Source: Entomortierella parvispora E1425
Lineage: Eukaryota; Fungi; Mortierellomycota
DNA length: 64,000 bases
NCBI GenBank assembly: GCA_020891255.1
Contig: BQFW01000003.1
Location: forward strand, 1,674,001-1,738,000
Direction of reading: 5' to 3'
Shown here: piece by piece, positions 1-11,810 of the stretch
How positions within the stretch are numbered: the stretch's first letter is position 1
Layout: each line of letters starts with the position of its first letter
Notes under the pieces: model-generated
Databases searched by the model: none
What the model was told of the DNA's origin: nothing
Seen by the model: the letters and a program-made list of their open reading frames with translations, nothing else
Translations under genes and position numbers: made by a program

Positions 1-1107
1 AAGGCCTCAAACTTGTGTGTATGTCCAGTCAACAAGATGTCGACATCCATCTGACGGGCTGTGATGTTGAGAGCCTCGGTATCGCCCCAAGGGATCACCT
101 GGTGTCCATGCACAACGCCAATTCGGATCGGTCCATGTGTGATGATCTTTGAAAGAGGCCAGGAAGGGTTCTGGAAAAGAAAGGGGATGTGGCAAAAAGA
201 AGGAAATGGGAAGACATATTAGAACATGAAAACAGAAAACGAGTCATCGACAACCAAGAACAGAGAGTCATGTGGACCATCAGCCTCTGAGAAGAAGAAA
301 AGATGGGGGACGAAGCGAAGGGTCACGGTCATTACCTGGTCATAGTCTCCACGAACAACCTGGATATCGCCAGCGACAGATCTCAAATAGTCAAATGTTT
401 CCTTGTCGCACACGTTTCCTGTAGAGATGATTTGTTGAATCTTTCCCGGAACCTAGTTGAGCGATTGAACAAAAAGACAAAAAGACAAAAAGACAATCCG
501 CGTTTCGGAAAAAAAAAAGTCAGGAACTGCTTTGACCATATTTTCTTTCTTCTAGAGAGGTCCATGTCGAACAAAAAGTGTTTCCTTGCAGAAAATGACT
601 CCTGGAATCGTGGGAGGAGAAAGCAGCCGAGCCTCTTCTTTTCGGGCTGTGGCGATAAAGAGTCACTCTGAACCATCCTACAAGAGGAGACAGGGATCTT
701 TCAACATAGGGCTATCTCCTGCAAGATGTTTCTCCTCAAAAAGATCCTGAATGGCCACGCTGTTCTCTATGCTGTCAAGATGAAGCGGTACGGTTTGCAG
801 AGGTATATTTTTTTGTCCACAAGGTAGTGTCGCTTGTCCTTTATCCCGCCGTTGCTCTGGCAGGTGCGAGTCCATGAAAAAGAGTTTCGATACAACCACC
901 TTAAGAGGTAATGGGATAAGAAAGAAAGCAAACATACAAGCAGCTTCTTGAACTTGAGAGGCAAGTCATGAGCCCTGTTGGGAATGTGAAGGTCGCCTAT
1001 TACTAGAACTAGCTGATGCCATGAATGAAACAAGTTTTGTTAGAGATGCGGTTCAGACCAGAAGCAAGCAAGCATCAGATATACTCATAGACAGCAAGGG
1101 TTACCAT
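1..1107 (-). CDS. VPS29: Vacuolar protein sorting 29 (retromer subunit), 3' end runs off the window edge
   Basis: Spliced exons read M / [25 protein letters not shown] / [39 protein letters not shown] / [56 protein letters not shown]. This is the VPS29 metallophosphoesterase-fold signature. GT-AG introns; the first exon appears to be only ATG (1105-1107). Confidence 0.95.
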
Positions 1108-1572
1108 GATGGAGTGATGGAGTCAGGTGCAATGTGTGTTGAAGAGGGGGAGAGAGAAGTAAAGAAGAAGAAGACGGGATGCGCCCAGGGACAGCCAACG
1201 TGCCATGTCGTCAACCTTTCTGGCCGCTGGGGGTCGATTCACAGTCACCACAGGGAACGAACGAACGAACGTGTCGTGTGAATGGTGAAGAGGGTCTTAA
1301 GGGGTGCTGCGAATGGAAGATATCTTGGCATGTTGCCACCAATCTAAAACGGAAGGTGTTGTCAATGAGGGAGGATCCCGACTTTGTTTATTGTGCAGTG
1401 GTGTGCTTGCTTGTTTGTTTGTGCGTGTGTGCATGGTGTCTTGGTTTTTTTGAATATAAAACAACTATTTATATAGCTAACTTTTTCTCCTTTTGTTATT
1501 CGCTCGCCGTGCGTGAATGGCTCTTTCTTGCAATATGATTTCAGAGTATGGAGGGTCCCGGGTAGAAACACC

Positions 1573-2904
1573 TTATTTCTCTACCTTGCGACCTCCTTTG
1601 GCAGGTATTGACTGTTGCTGCTGCTGTTGTTGTTGTTGCTGTTGTTGTTGTTGCGCGTTCTGTCCTTGCCAGTAATTGCCATCGTTGTATTGAGGACCGC
1701 CGTTGGGATAGTGAAGTGGCATGTTGGAATAATAAGATGCTGGCAATGGGATATGGCTGTAAGGTGGTGGGTAGGTGGGCACACTCATCGCCGACGACGA
1801 CCCATAGCCGCCTCCTGGACCAGACTGCCCTGGCACTGGCTGACCTTGCTGCTGCTGCTGCTGTGGTGGCTGTTGTTGTTGTTGATACGCCTGACTGTGG
1901 TGCGCGGGCGACGACTGACCCGAAGCTGCCGCAGATCGCTCTTCTTGATGATGGTCCACCGAAGGAGAGGCTTCTCTTGATTCAGATCTTTCTCCGCCAG
2001 CCTCCTGAAAGAAAATATGAAGAAAAAAAAAGATAATCGGACAGACAGATTAGAATGAGAATGATATATTAACAAGAACACAATAAAAGAAGAAAAAAAA
2101 AGGGAAAAAAGGATTCTGGGCGAGGTGGGGTTTTCCTGACAAGGGCGTAAAGGGTAAAATTGATTGTCGGTAATGTTGAAGGGAAGACCGGAAACCAGGA
2201 GGACGGGATAGCTCGGGTTCAAAAGGAGAAAAAAGGATTTCTTTGTAAGAGAGTGAAGTCTACATTCAACCTACAGGAGAGGGCTCTTTGTCAGGGGCAT
2301 GCAAGCAAGCCTGGATCAGGTTCTTGCCCTCGGCCTTGGTCACCAGAGGTTGCAGTTTGGGTGTCGTGAAGGTGTAGACAAGTCCTGTCTCGGAAACGAC
2401 CAGCAGCAGGACCTGGGTACCCGTCAGGGTGCTCAACTCGTATGCCTAAAATAAGAGAGCAGTGAGTGGGTGGGGCGGGTCAATACGCAGAAAATAAAAA
2501 TTGAAAAATTGCTTCTCGCCCTTCTTTCATCCCTTCCATGCTTTCTTTTTCGGGTTGGCTGCGCCAATACGGGTGGTGCGGTGCCCCCCGTCATGTGAAG
2601 TGAAAGGAAAAGAATTGCCCGTTCGTCCCCTCCCCCTTACCTTCTTCATGATGCCAGATTTTCTCTTGGAAAAGGTAATATGGCGTCTGCTCTTGTCCTC
2701 AATGTACTCAATCTTGATCTTGCGGCGTCCAGCCCGCTTGCTTGGTGCCTCATCATCCTCATCGTCGTCGTCTTCGTCACCGTTGCCTTGCACTTGCTTG
2801 AACTTTTTATCAACGTGGTCTTCTTCTGGGTTCTCACCACCACCTGCACCTCCTGGTAGGACAACGTTGGACTTTGAATCCTCGAAGGCTCGCTTGGCGC
2901 TCAT
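1573..2904 (-). CDS. MCM1: MADS-box transcription factor, SRF/MCM1 type
   Basis: GRRKIKIEYIEDKSRRHITFSKRKSGIMKK / AYELSTLTGTQVLLLVVSETGLVYTFTTPKLQPLV is the SRF-type MADS box, split by an intron after 2641. The C-terminal exon is Gln-rich and stops at 1573. Confidence 0.95.
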
Positions 2905-3781
2905 TAGGGATGTATTGGGTTTCTGGGGTTCGTGGTGGGGTCGGTTGTGCAGCGGTCAAAAGCCTGTGTATTCTGGTTGGCTATTTTTTGATTACAAAGA
3001 AAGCACGGGTTAGGCGTGAATACGGGTTGTGATATAATAGTTGGAGGATGGACTGGCATCAAGGGCTCTTCCGGGAACGGGACCATCGCCCACCCCTCCT
3101 GGTCTGTTGTCAGAGCTGAGGTCAACTTGAGCAGCCAAAGGGCTTTCCGTTGTTGTTCCGTTGCACGAGATGACTCAGAGTTCCGCCTGGCGAGCAAGAG
3201 AACAAACGAGACCTCGCCCAGAGACCCGTGATGGGAAGCGACAAGAGGATGAAAGGGAAGGAGAGGCAGAAACGAGGAAGGATCCAGATCGTGGAAGGAT
3301 TGTCATCCGAATCGAGACAGCTTGGCCAAGGTCATACCCGTTTTGGGAAGTCGCGCGATTGCCTCTTCAAAAAGGGAAGCGATGGGGGAATGAGTGGAAA
3401 AGGAAGGTGAAATTTTTTGTGTGGGAGAGAGGCTTCTTTCTGGTCGAGAGAGGAGAAGGGGGGGATGCGATTTTGACTCGATCAGTCGGGAGTGGGAGCG
3501 TGGTCGATCTTAAGGGGTCCTTCTCACACTTTTTTTTTTTTTTTTTTTTTTTTTTTTCTGGCTCGGATGGTCAGGTCAGGCTGCATCACCTCGCCTGGAA
3601 AATCGAGATTCCTTGGGTTCTCGGCCGTTGGGATAGGTCGAGTGTTTGTTCTGTGCTTGAGAGCACTCCACTCGTGCACCGCTTTGCTTCTGTTCATTCT
3701 TGTTCTCTTTTATTCGTTCTCTTTTACTCGTTCTCTCACTCTCTCTCTATCTCTCTCTACTCCCACACTCGACATCCCAAA

Positions 3782-4309
3782 ATGCAGTTCAAGACGCTTG
3801 CCGTCGCCCTGGCCGCTGTCGCTGTCGCGTCTGCAGACATGTTTGAAAACAACCCCTGCACCCAGTGCGCCTTCCAATCTCTCGGAAACAACACCAACTG
3901 TGCTGCCTTGTCGCCTACTCTGATGGGCGAACTCCAGACCGCCTTCAATGTGACCTCGGTCAACTTCACCATTCTCCAGAACCCCATTTTCAAGTCCTGT
4001 GTTTGCGATTGGGGACAGACTGTCTTCTCTGGCGCCAAGGGCGATCCTGCCGCAGCCTGCACCTCCGGAGCAACCCCCATCTGTTCTGCCAACCAGACTG
4101 CCACAGCCGAGGCGGGAATTCGTCAGGCTCTCCCTCTCGTTGGATGTGCCGCTGCCAATGCAACAGGCTCGGCCACGGCTGGACCATCAGCCACTGCCAG
4201 CGCAAATCCTCCAAAGTCCACCTCTGGCGCAGTCCAGGCCTTGAGTGGAAGCATGCCTTATGTCCTGTCCGTAATGGCGGTTGGTCTTGCCACTGCCGTT
4301 GGATTCTAA
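3782..4309 (+). CDS. Secreted, probably GPI-anchored cell-surface protein with 8 Cys (CFEM-like order)
   Basis: Signal peptide MQFKTLAVALAAVAVASA, an 8-Cys domain, a Ser/Thr/Ala-rich stalk and a hydrophobic C-terminus (MPYVLSVMAVGLATAVGF). Single exon. Confidence 0.8.
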   Translation: MQFKTLAVALAAVAVASADMFENNPCTQCAFQSLGNNTNCAALSPTLMGELQTAFNVTSVNFTILQNPIFKSCVCDWGQTVFSGAKGDPAAACTSGATPICSANQTATAEAGIRQALPLVGCAAANATGSATAGPSATASANPPKSTSGAVQALSGSMPYVLSVMAVGLATAVGF

Positions 4310-5340
4310 AAAAGATTGATGAGGTTTGAGTCTTTGTGCAGCACGTTCGGCAGCGATACCCCTCCACCACAAACAACAGGGGTGACACCAAATGGTGCCA
4401 CCAACGACTGTGAAAAAGCTAAACGGTCTGCTGGCTCGCTTCAAAGATATCAAAAACATAAAAAAGGCCTTGCGCAACATAATAATAATTAGAAACCATG
4501 CATGGGCTTTCTCCCCAATAATAACATGAACACGCTGCCCTATATCTATCTCCGCATACCTATCTCCATCCATTTCGCTTTGTTTTTGAATAATAAGAGA
4601 ATCGTAAACACCACAGAGGGTGTTGCCAAAAATTGGGTTGACCCAGACAACAAGCCGAGAAAGAAGAAAAGGAACAAAAGAAAACAAAAAGAGAACCTCG
4701 AAAGATCCCCCTCCTCTTCTCCTCTGAACCCTTCCCCCTCCCCCGTTTGAATAACTCGAGGTCTTGGATAGGCCGACCACTAAAATACTGTTCATACAAG
4801 TCGTACCCAGTCAAGCATTCGGGAAAAAAAGAAGGGGGAAAGTAAAAAAGACAAATGAATGCTTTCCAAGGGTCCAACCGGTGCAAGAACAACTATTTTC
4901 CATTATAAATGGGGAGCCCAGCGGTGACATTCTCGGAACAAGATCCTCACTGAATGTCAAGCGCCTTCTCTAGTTGAACTTTTCCCAGATCGGGCCTTAC
5001 TTTTCTTCGTTTTCCTCGGGACATGTCCTTTAATGCGAAAAGGCAGATTTGTGTGATTCTTTTTTCTGAGGAGAAAAAAAAGAGAATTCAAGCAATCCAC
5101 TTATACGCCCAAAAAAAAAAAAAAAAAAAGTGACGTTTCACACTGCTCAGCCCAATTCTGCAGCCCTTGCGATCAGCGTTTCTTCCCTCTACTCCTCTCT
5201 TGACGGACATGCATGTCTGACTCTCATTCACCCAAGGAACCAACTCATCCACGGACAATTCACCATCCCATCGACTCTTGCGCACGAGCCATTCCCGGGA
5301 AACAGGAACTGACTGACTGACAAAGGACACGCGCGCCAAT

Positions 5341-8300
5341 ATGAATGACTCGGAGGAACTGGCCGAGAAGTACCATAAACTCTTCCAGGACTACACGCGG
5401 TATGGACCTTCAGCTTGGCTGCCACTTGATCCACGGACATTACAAGGAAAGGCAATATCCGCTGACACTCTCTCGTACTCTCATTCAACTCAGCATTAAG
5501 GCTCAACAATCGGTCCTGAAAAAGGCAGTACTCAAGGTATGTAGCTCAGTCGCAAGGTTGAACGCCTGTTGAAGAACGACAACAGAGCAGTTGAACCTCT
5601 CTTTTAATGCTAATGCTCAACCCTCTAATAGGAACAAAGCGAGAATGCCGCAATACAGGCAGCTATGAAGGAGAAGGAGCAGGAGGCCAGAAAGGTGAGG
5701 ATTCATGCCCACGTTATAGACATGTCACGCATATCAGCTCCGACTCTAATCATGTACCTTTTTCTTTCTCATTTCTACCCTAGTCATTGCAAGATCTGGA
5801 CCTGCTCTCGTTCCACAACCAGCGATTGACAAAGCGCATCGAAAGTCTACAGACCCTAGCCACCGCTGTAAATAACCAATATTTTTTGTTCCTGCGTAAT
5901 GGAATAGACGGAACAATATCCCCTATGCTGCTACACGGACAAAGGAACTGACTCTTTAGACTTGTACTTTATTCTATTTGCATGAATAGAAACAAGGAGG
6001 ATCATGGCTTATGGGAGGAGGGTCTGTCAAGAAGGAATTGGAACAGTCTCAGTTGACATTGGAGGCGCTTACCATCGACCTGCAGGCAAAGATTGAGGAA
6101 AATGGTATGTCCCATCTCTGTGATAGCCGCAGCAAATAATGAAGTACCTTCTTTGGTCACCCTTTCTGAGTTTGCTTCCGGCTTGAAACAACTCTATGAT
6201 AGAAAAATTGCACCAGCAATTATACGAGATCAATGCACTATACCCAAGGCATGTAACAGAACTTCAGGGCAAGATCCAGACGCTTGAAAACCAGAATGCA
6301 GAGTTGCAGGTACGATGATAATGGCGAATTGACTAGTTTCTTCATCCCTTTTCTTTGACATGCCATGACCCATCGCTGATTATTCGTTGATATCTATTCC
6401 ATGTAGTTGGACGTTGAACGTGCCAGTGTCGCCAATGAGGATACGATTACCATGATCCGCAAGGAGAAGCAGGATAAAGAAAAGGAACTCGGCACCATTC
6501 GAGATGCGCTTGCTGAGTATGTATATCTGAACTGGAGTGAACCTCACCACAAACTGGCGCGTTGGAACAAAACACTCACGAAATCATATCCCCTAATAGT
6601 CAATTGAAGGAAGAACAAAGAACAACTCTATCGCTACGGGAGAAAGTGAGTCAGCTGGAAAGTGAGATTGAGCGTCTGTCCAAGGTGGAGGCGGAACTCG
6701 AGGCTCTCCAGAAGGAGAATACCAAGGTCAAGGGAGAACTCGAGACTTTGTCCTGGGTCGCGTCCGAATTTACTCAACTTCAGGAATCCTACTCAAAGTT
6801 GGAGGGAAGCAAGATCCAGATCGAAAAGGGGCACGCTCAACTTCAACAGCAATTGGCATCCTTAAAACATACCGAGGAACAATTGCGCAACACCTTGGCC
6901 AAGGAGCAAAATGGATCTAGGACGTTGCATGAAAAGAATCAGAGGCTGCAAAAGGATCTGGAGGCTGTCCGTGGTGAGGCCTGGACGCGAGAACAGAGTC
7001 AAGTGAACGAAATTGAAAGACTGGAGACGGAGCTCACCAAAGTGCTCAAGGAACAGGAAGACCTGCAGAAGCAATATGAAGATCTCAAAATCGCCGAGGC
7101 CTCAGCCAAGGAGGGCGAATCTCAAAGGAAGGCAGAATTGGCCCGAGATCTGTCTGGTAAAGAATCGAGCCTGCAGGCAGCTGAAGCACGAGTCAAGGAA
7201 CTGGAGAGTATGAAGAATCAGCTGCAAAAAGAGCTTGAGGAGACAAAGGCGACCTTGGAGACAACAAAGGCCGAGCTGGCTCAAGCTGTGACGGTCGCAG
7301 AGTCAGCTGGGAAGGTGTCCGAGGCTACGGCGCAGGAAAGCGTGAAGGCGGTTACCACTGAAGAAGAAGGAAGCAAGGATCAAGGAGATACCCAGATGGC
7401 TGATGATGAAGGTCATGCAACAGAAGAAGATGGGTCCAGCAAACCAAAGACTCCACTCTCAAAGAAGGCAAAGAAAAAGAAGGCAGCTGCCGCCGCTGCT
7501 GCGGCTGCGGCGGCGGCTGCAGCGGTCACTGTCGTCGCTGACAGCGTGAGCAAAGATGCCCCGACTGAGAAGAAGGATGTAAAAGAGCAGGAATCGGTTG
7601 CCTCCAAGGAAGCTGCGGACAACAGTGAAGCGGTCGCAGCAGCAGTCAAGGCTGGAGAAGAAAAGATTCGCCAGCTGGAGCAGGCACAAAAAGCCGTGGA
7701 GGACTCTCTAAGGAAGGAGGTCGAGTCTCTTCGCACTCAGATGGAGACCGCAGAGAGTTGCAGCTCGTCAGCTGCTAATCAACTGAAGGCCGCCCAAGGT
7801 AAGAACATCTTTTAACGTGGGGATGACGAAAGGATAAATTGATGACTTGAACAAAGACCAACATTTTATTTCACTCTAACAATAGCTTCATTGGAGGCAA
7901 TCAAGGACGAAAAGACGTCTCTTTCCAGCTCCCTTGAAATGCATGTGGAGATGACGATCCAACTTCAACAGGAGATTGATGATCTGAAAGCAGAGCAGGT
8001 AAGGACTACGAGTTACTGGACAAGAAATTCAATTTCAACTGAAAGGATGAAAGATTTCTAATAAATGCATCTCCCTAGTCCAAGAAGCAGCGCGTAGTCT
8101 CTGGGACCAACAAGAAAGAGTCTCCAGCTCCAGCCGCAGATGATGATGACAAACCGCTTATCCATAACCGACAAAAGACAGGAGGCGCTGATGGATCCAA
8201 GGATGTCGGATCACGGGCAGCGACGCCAGTTCCATCCGAGGCGGTGGCGGCGGCTCATGTGCAAGCTATCAGCGTTCAGGACGAGTCTACACAAGTAGAA

Positions 8301-8918
8301 CATGCTGAGGTTGTCGATAAAGGTGTGCAGTCAGCCCAAATCGAGATGGCGGACGAAAGTACTCAGGCGGATCTTGCTGTTGCTACGCCAAGCGCAGAAT
8401 CCACAGATGGATCTGTAGGCATAGATGGTAAAAAGGCAGACAACGTCAAGGCACGACTCGAAAAGCCATCGCGGCGATCAATCTTGATCGATGATTCAGC
8501 ACAATCGACGGCAGCTAGCTCTGTAAGTCCCCCATGGAGACATCCTCAGCAATGAAGCTCGCCATGGACTAGAACGAAGACTTGTTATTCTAATATTGTA
8601 CTATTTTTTTTCCTCTTGTAGAACCAAGCCAACCGCGAATACTTGATCAAGAAGCACTACGAGACCAAGATTCAAAACGTTACGGAACAACTCCAAGTGT
8701 CGGATGGACGGTATGCACGACTTCACCGCGAGTTTGGAATGCTCAAGGACCTGCTGATGGAGACGGTACAACAAAAGTCGGATATCCAGAGGCAGTTGGA
8801 CCAGCTCCAGTCCAAAAACAATCAACTTGTAGAGGATCTGGCATCCGAGAAGGAGCGCTTCCGGGCTCAGGCCGACTCTATGGCACAATTCATGGACAGC
8901 CTTCCACAAGGCCGTTAA
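5341..8918 (+). CDS. PPP1R21 / KLRAQ-domain coiled-coil protein (FERRY Fy-2-like), multi-exon
   Basis: Spliced N-terminus MNDSEELAEKYHKLFQDYTR-IKAQQSVLKKAVLK-EQSENAAIQAAMKEKEQEARK-SLQDLDLLSFHNQRLTKRIESLQ resembles the KLRAQ domain. The C-terminal exon REYLIKKHYETKIQNVTEQLQVSD...QLVEDLASEKERFRAQADSM resembles the PPP1R21 C-terminus. The middle is a long coiled coil. Confidence 0.75.
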
Positions 8919-9079
8919 GAGTTTGTTCTCTCCAGAAATAAATCTCATTTTCGAATTTTTTTTTTTTGGGTGATGTGGGTCCTCCAGGAGATGAGCGCAG
9001 CTCGTCTATATTGTTTCTGAAGAATCTTTGGCAGGGGGAAGCGGGGAAAGGGGGAAACGGTCAAAGGGGGTCCTATTTT

Positions 9080-10695
9080 TTAAGCTTGACTAAAGTAGTT
9101 CATGGCTTGCTTAAAGCCCTTGATCTTATTGCATTGCTCCTTCAAGTTGTTGCTCTTGGGTTGGTCCCATTGATTGGCTTGGACAAACGACCTCGAGTAC
9201 CGGAAGCAGGCCTCCTCCTGGAAGTTTTGGTACAGCTTCCTGTTGTACTTGCGCTCCTGTTTCCGGGTCTCTTCCTTGTAAGGGTGGGATTGATGAATCA
9301 AGAAATCCTTGGGGAGAACATAGTAGTCCACACCTGAAATGTAAATCTCAAAGAGACAGGCCTAAGTTCAAAAAGAAAACAAGTGAGAACACACAAGTGT
9401 TAATAGCCGCTTCTGTGATGCAAACGCACTCATTTGCAACCAAAAAGAGTATTGACTTACGGCCTTGTTGGCACCATAGCCCACGAAACGTTCGTCGCAC
9501 CAAGGCGTGCCCTCCTTCCTGAGGATAATATAAGGCTCATAAGAATGTTGATAGCTCGTGACTTTGTAAACTTGATCCGTCTGGTACCAGAGCTCATAGT
9601 TGGTTCCATTATGACCCTTGGGGAAAAAGTCGTGGAAGGTGGTAATCTTTTTTTCCTTGACCAATTTGATCAAGGTCTCCTTGTCCTTGGGGAACGTTGA
9701 GGAATCCTCTCCGTCCTCCTGATTGACATATTCGAATGCAGGCAAAACCACGGCCTTGCCTTCTTTCATCACCCTCCGTGCCTCTGGATCCAGCGAGAGG
9801 TGTTGTTGGAGGTTTGTACAGATATGAAAGTCGACTAGAAAAGAGCAAAAAACAAATAAGGAAATAAGTCATTGTAAGCCAATATTTCCTTTGCGTGCTC
9901 TTCAAGACAGACACAAAGTCCTGACGTCAAGTGCCTACCATCGAGCATCATGAAATAATTTGACCGAGCAAAGAAGCGAGCAACGTTTCGCCACATATTG
10001 AACTGTCGATTGAACTTGTCCACGACTACATGCACGTCCACAAACTCCTTCATGTACGGGTTCGAGTTGTACATGTCGTGCAGCTTTGCCAAGTTCTCGT
10101 CCCGATCCTCGTCGTCGTTGATATGGATGCTGACCGAGATGGGGCCCTGGTAGTTGGTGACGAGTTTGCTAAAGACGGGGTAACGGTCAAAGGTGATCAA
10201 GGTCGTGATGGTGACCGATTCTGGATCAAAGTCCTGTGCGGCTTTGAAGTAGTAGGGCAAGACCTTGGACGGTTGCATGGCGTTGGCGAATACTTTGTGG
10301 ATCACCACATCCTCGTCCACTTTGTGATCCGGGTGCTTTTCCGATGCTGTCATACAAAGAGAAGTAGGGAGGGAGCATTAGTTCTTTGCTGCCCTGGATA
10401 CAATGACGACGACAAAATGAAGAAGAGGGACAAACAACAAGTGTGTATGTGTGGGTTTATCCTTACTCTTCCATTCCACAATTTGATCTGAATAGACGAT
10501 CGAGTCCACCTCAAAGATGGCCTGACTGGGTTCAGACACCATTCTGGGTCGGATGTCCTGCACCGTTCCCGAGGAAGAAGAAGAAGAAGACACAAACGAG
10601 GTGAAGCCATAGTGGACAGTGTAGAGGACAGATCCAGTGAGGTAGGCCAATACGCCGAACCTCAGCAGCTTGGCTATTGGTTGTGGAATCCCCAT
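9080..10695 (-). CDS. Glycosyltransferase family 49 (LARGE/B4GAT1-like) type II membrane protein
   Basis: N-terminal TM anchor (LLRFGVLAYLTGSVLYTVHYGF) and motifs TITTLITFDR, GPISVSIHI, NMWRNVARFFAR, MMLD-DF, VVLPAFE, YEPYII, WCDERFVGYGANKA, typical of Glyco_transf_49. Confidence 0.85.
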
Positions 10696-11570
10696 TGGGC
10701 GTATGGATATATGGGAAATAACTTTTTTGGGTTATATTTTTCCCTTTGATCCTTGATCTAAATAGGAAGTCAGGAACCAAAAACACCACAAGGATCAATT
10801 TACGGGTCAACGGGTCAATTGAAGGGCATGGACCCTTCTTTTTTCTTGTTTTTTTTTCTTTGTGTCTTCTTTTTCAGAGGAAGGTAGAGGGAGGGGGAAA
10901 GAAAATAAGCAAAGAAAGAAGAGCGAAACAAGATGCGGTCCTCGTCGATAGGCTGTTTGTTGTCTTTGCTGCCCTGTCTGTCTGTTTCTTTTCCCGGAAA
11001 GGGTACATCGTCTCGGCTATTTTGACCATGGCTGAAGAGATGAAGAGGAGGAACGTGCCTCGGACAAGGGCCAGTGTGGCGATGGAATGGAACGAGATGG
11101 TTGGACAAGGGCGGTTGGAGGTTGCTCAAAAACGTACATTCGGAATCTCTGACTTGCAACGGGGGCGGTTGCGAGTAGGAATGCAAGGAGGTGACTGGGT
11201 GACAGAGAGTGAAGGAGCAAGCGTGACAAGGAGAGAGATGAGGGCGGGATGAAGAAAAGAAGAGACAGAGAGTATGAAGGAGATGCACAAAGGTAAAGCA
11301 AGCAAGGAAAGGACAGGGAGAAGAGAAGAAAAGGGCTGAGCTCCAACACACGCTTAAAGCCAACGGCCGCGGCTCTCTTGCTCCCTCTCCCTTTTTATTT
11401 CTTTCCCCTCACCTCACCTCACCCTTTCCTTTCTATCCGTTTTGAGAGCGCACTTGGACAGACACAAGACAGAACGTGCGGGCATCGGGATGGGTCCTTG
11501 TGTCCAGTCCAAGGAAAGACACAGTGCTGCACCATCGCCATTGATAACCAGCATGTAGTACATGCGCGCA

Positions 11571-11598
11571 ACACACACACACACACACACACACACAC
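11571..11598. repeat. (AC)14 microsatellite
   Basis: Directly visible in the intergenic region between the divergent GT49 and RTP1 genes. Confidence 0.95.
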
Positions 11599-11810
11599 TA
11601 CTCACGCACACGACACGTTCCTCCTCGGCACGCTCCTCTCTCGAGTCTCAGTCTTCCTTCCCCGCCTGGACCTTTTTGCTCTTTGGTCTCCTGGACAGGG
11701 ACTGGGATGAAAACCCAAATGTCAATTTGGTGGCAACACACGTGACCTGGATCGAGTGAAAATGAAAGAAGAAAAAAAGTGCGATGCACTAAAAAGAACA
11801 AGGGAATCCA

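Noticed and set aside
3161-3781. Upstream 207-codon extension of the 382-aa ORF
   Set aside because: It translates through poly-T and CT tracts typical of promoter/5' UTR. The signal peptide starts at ATG 3782.
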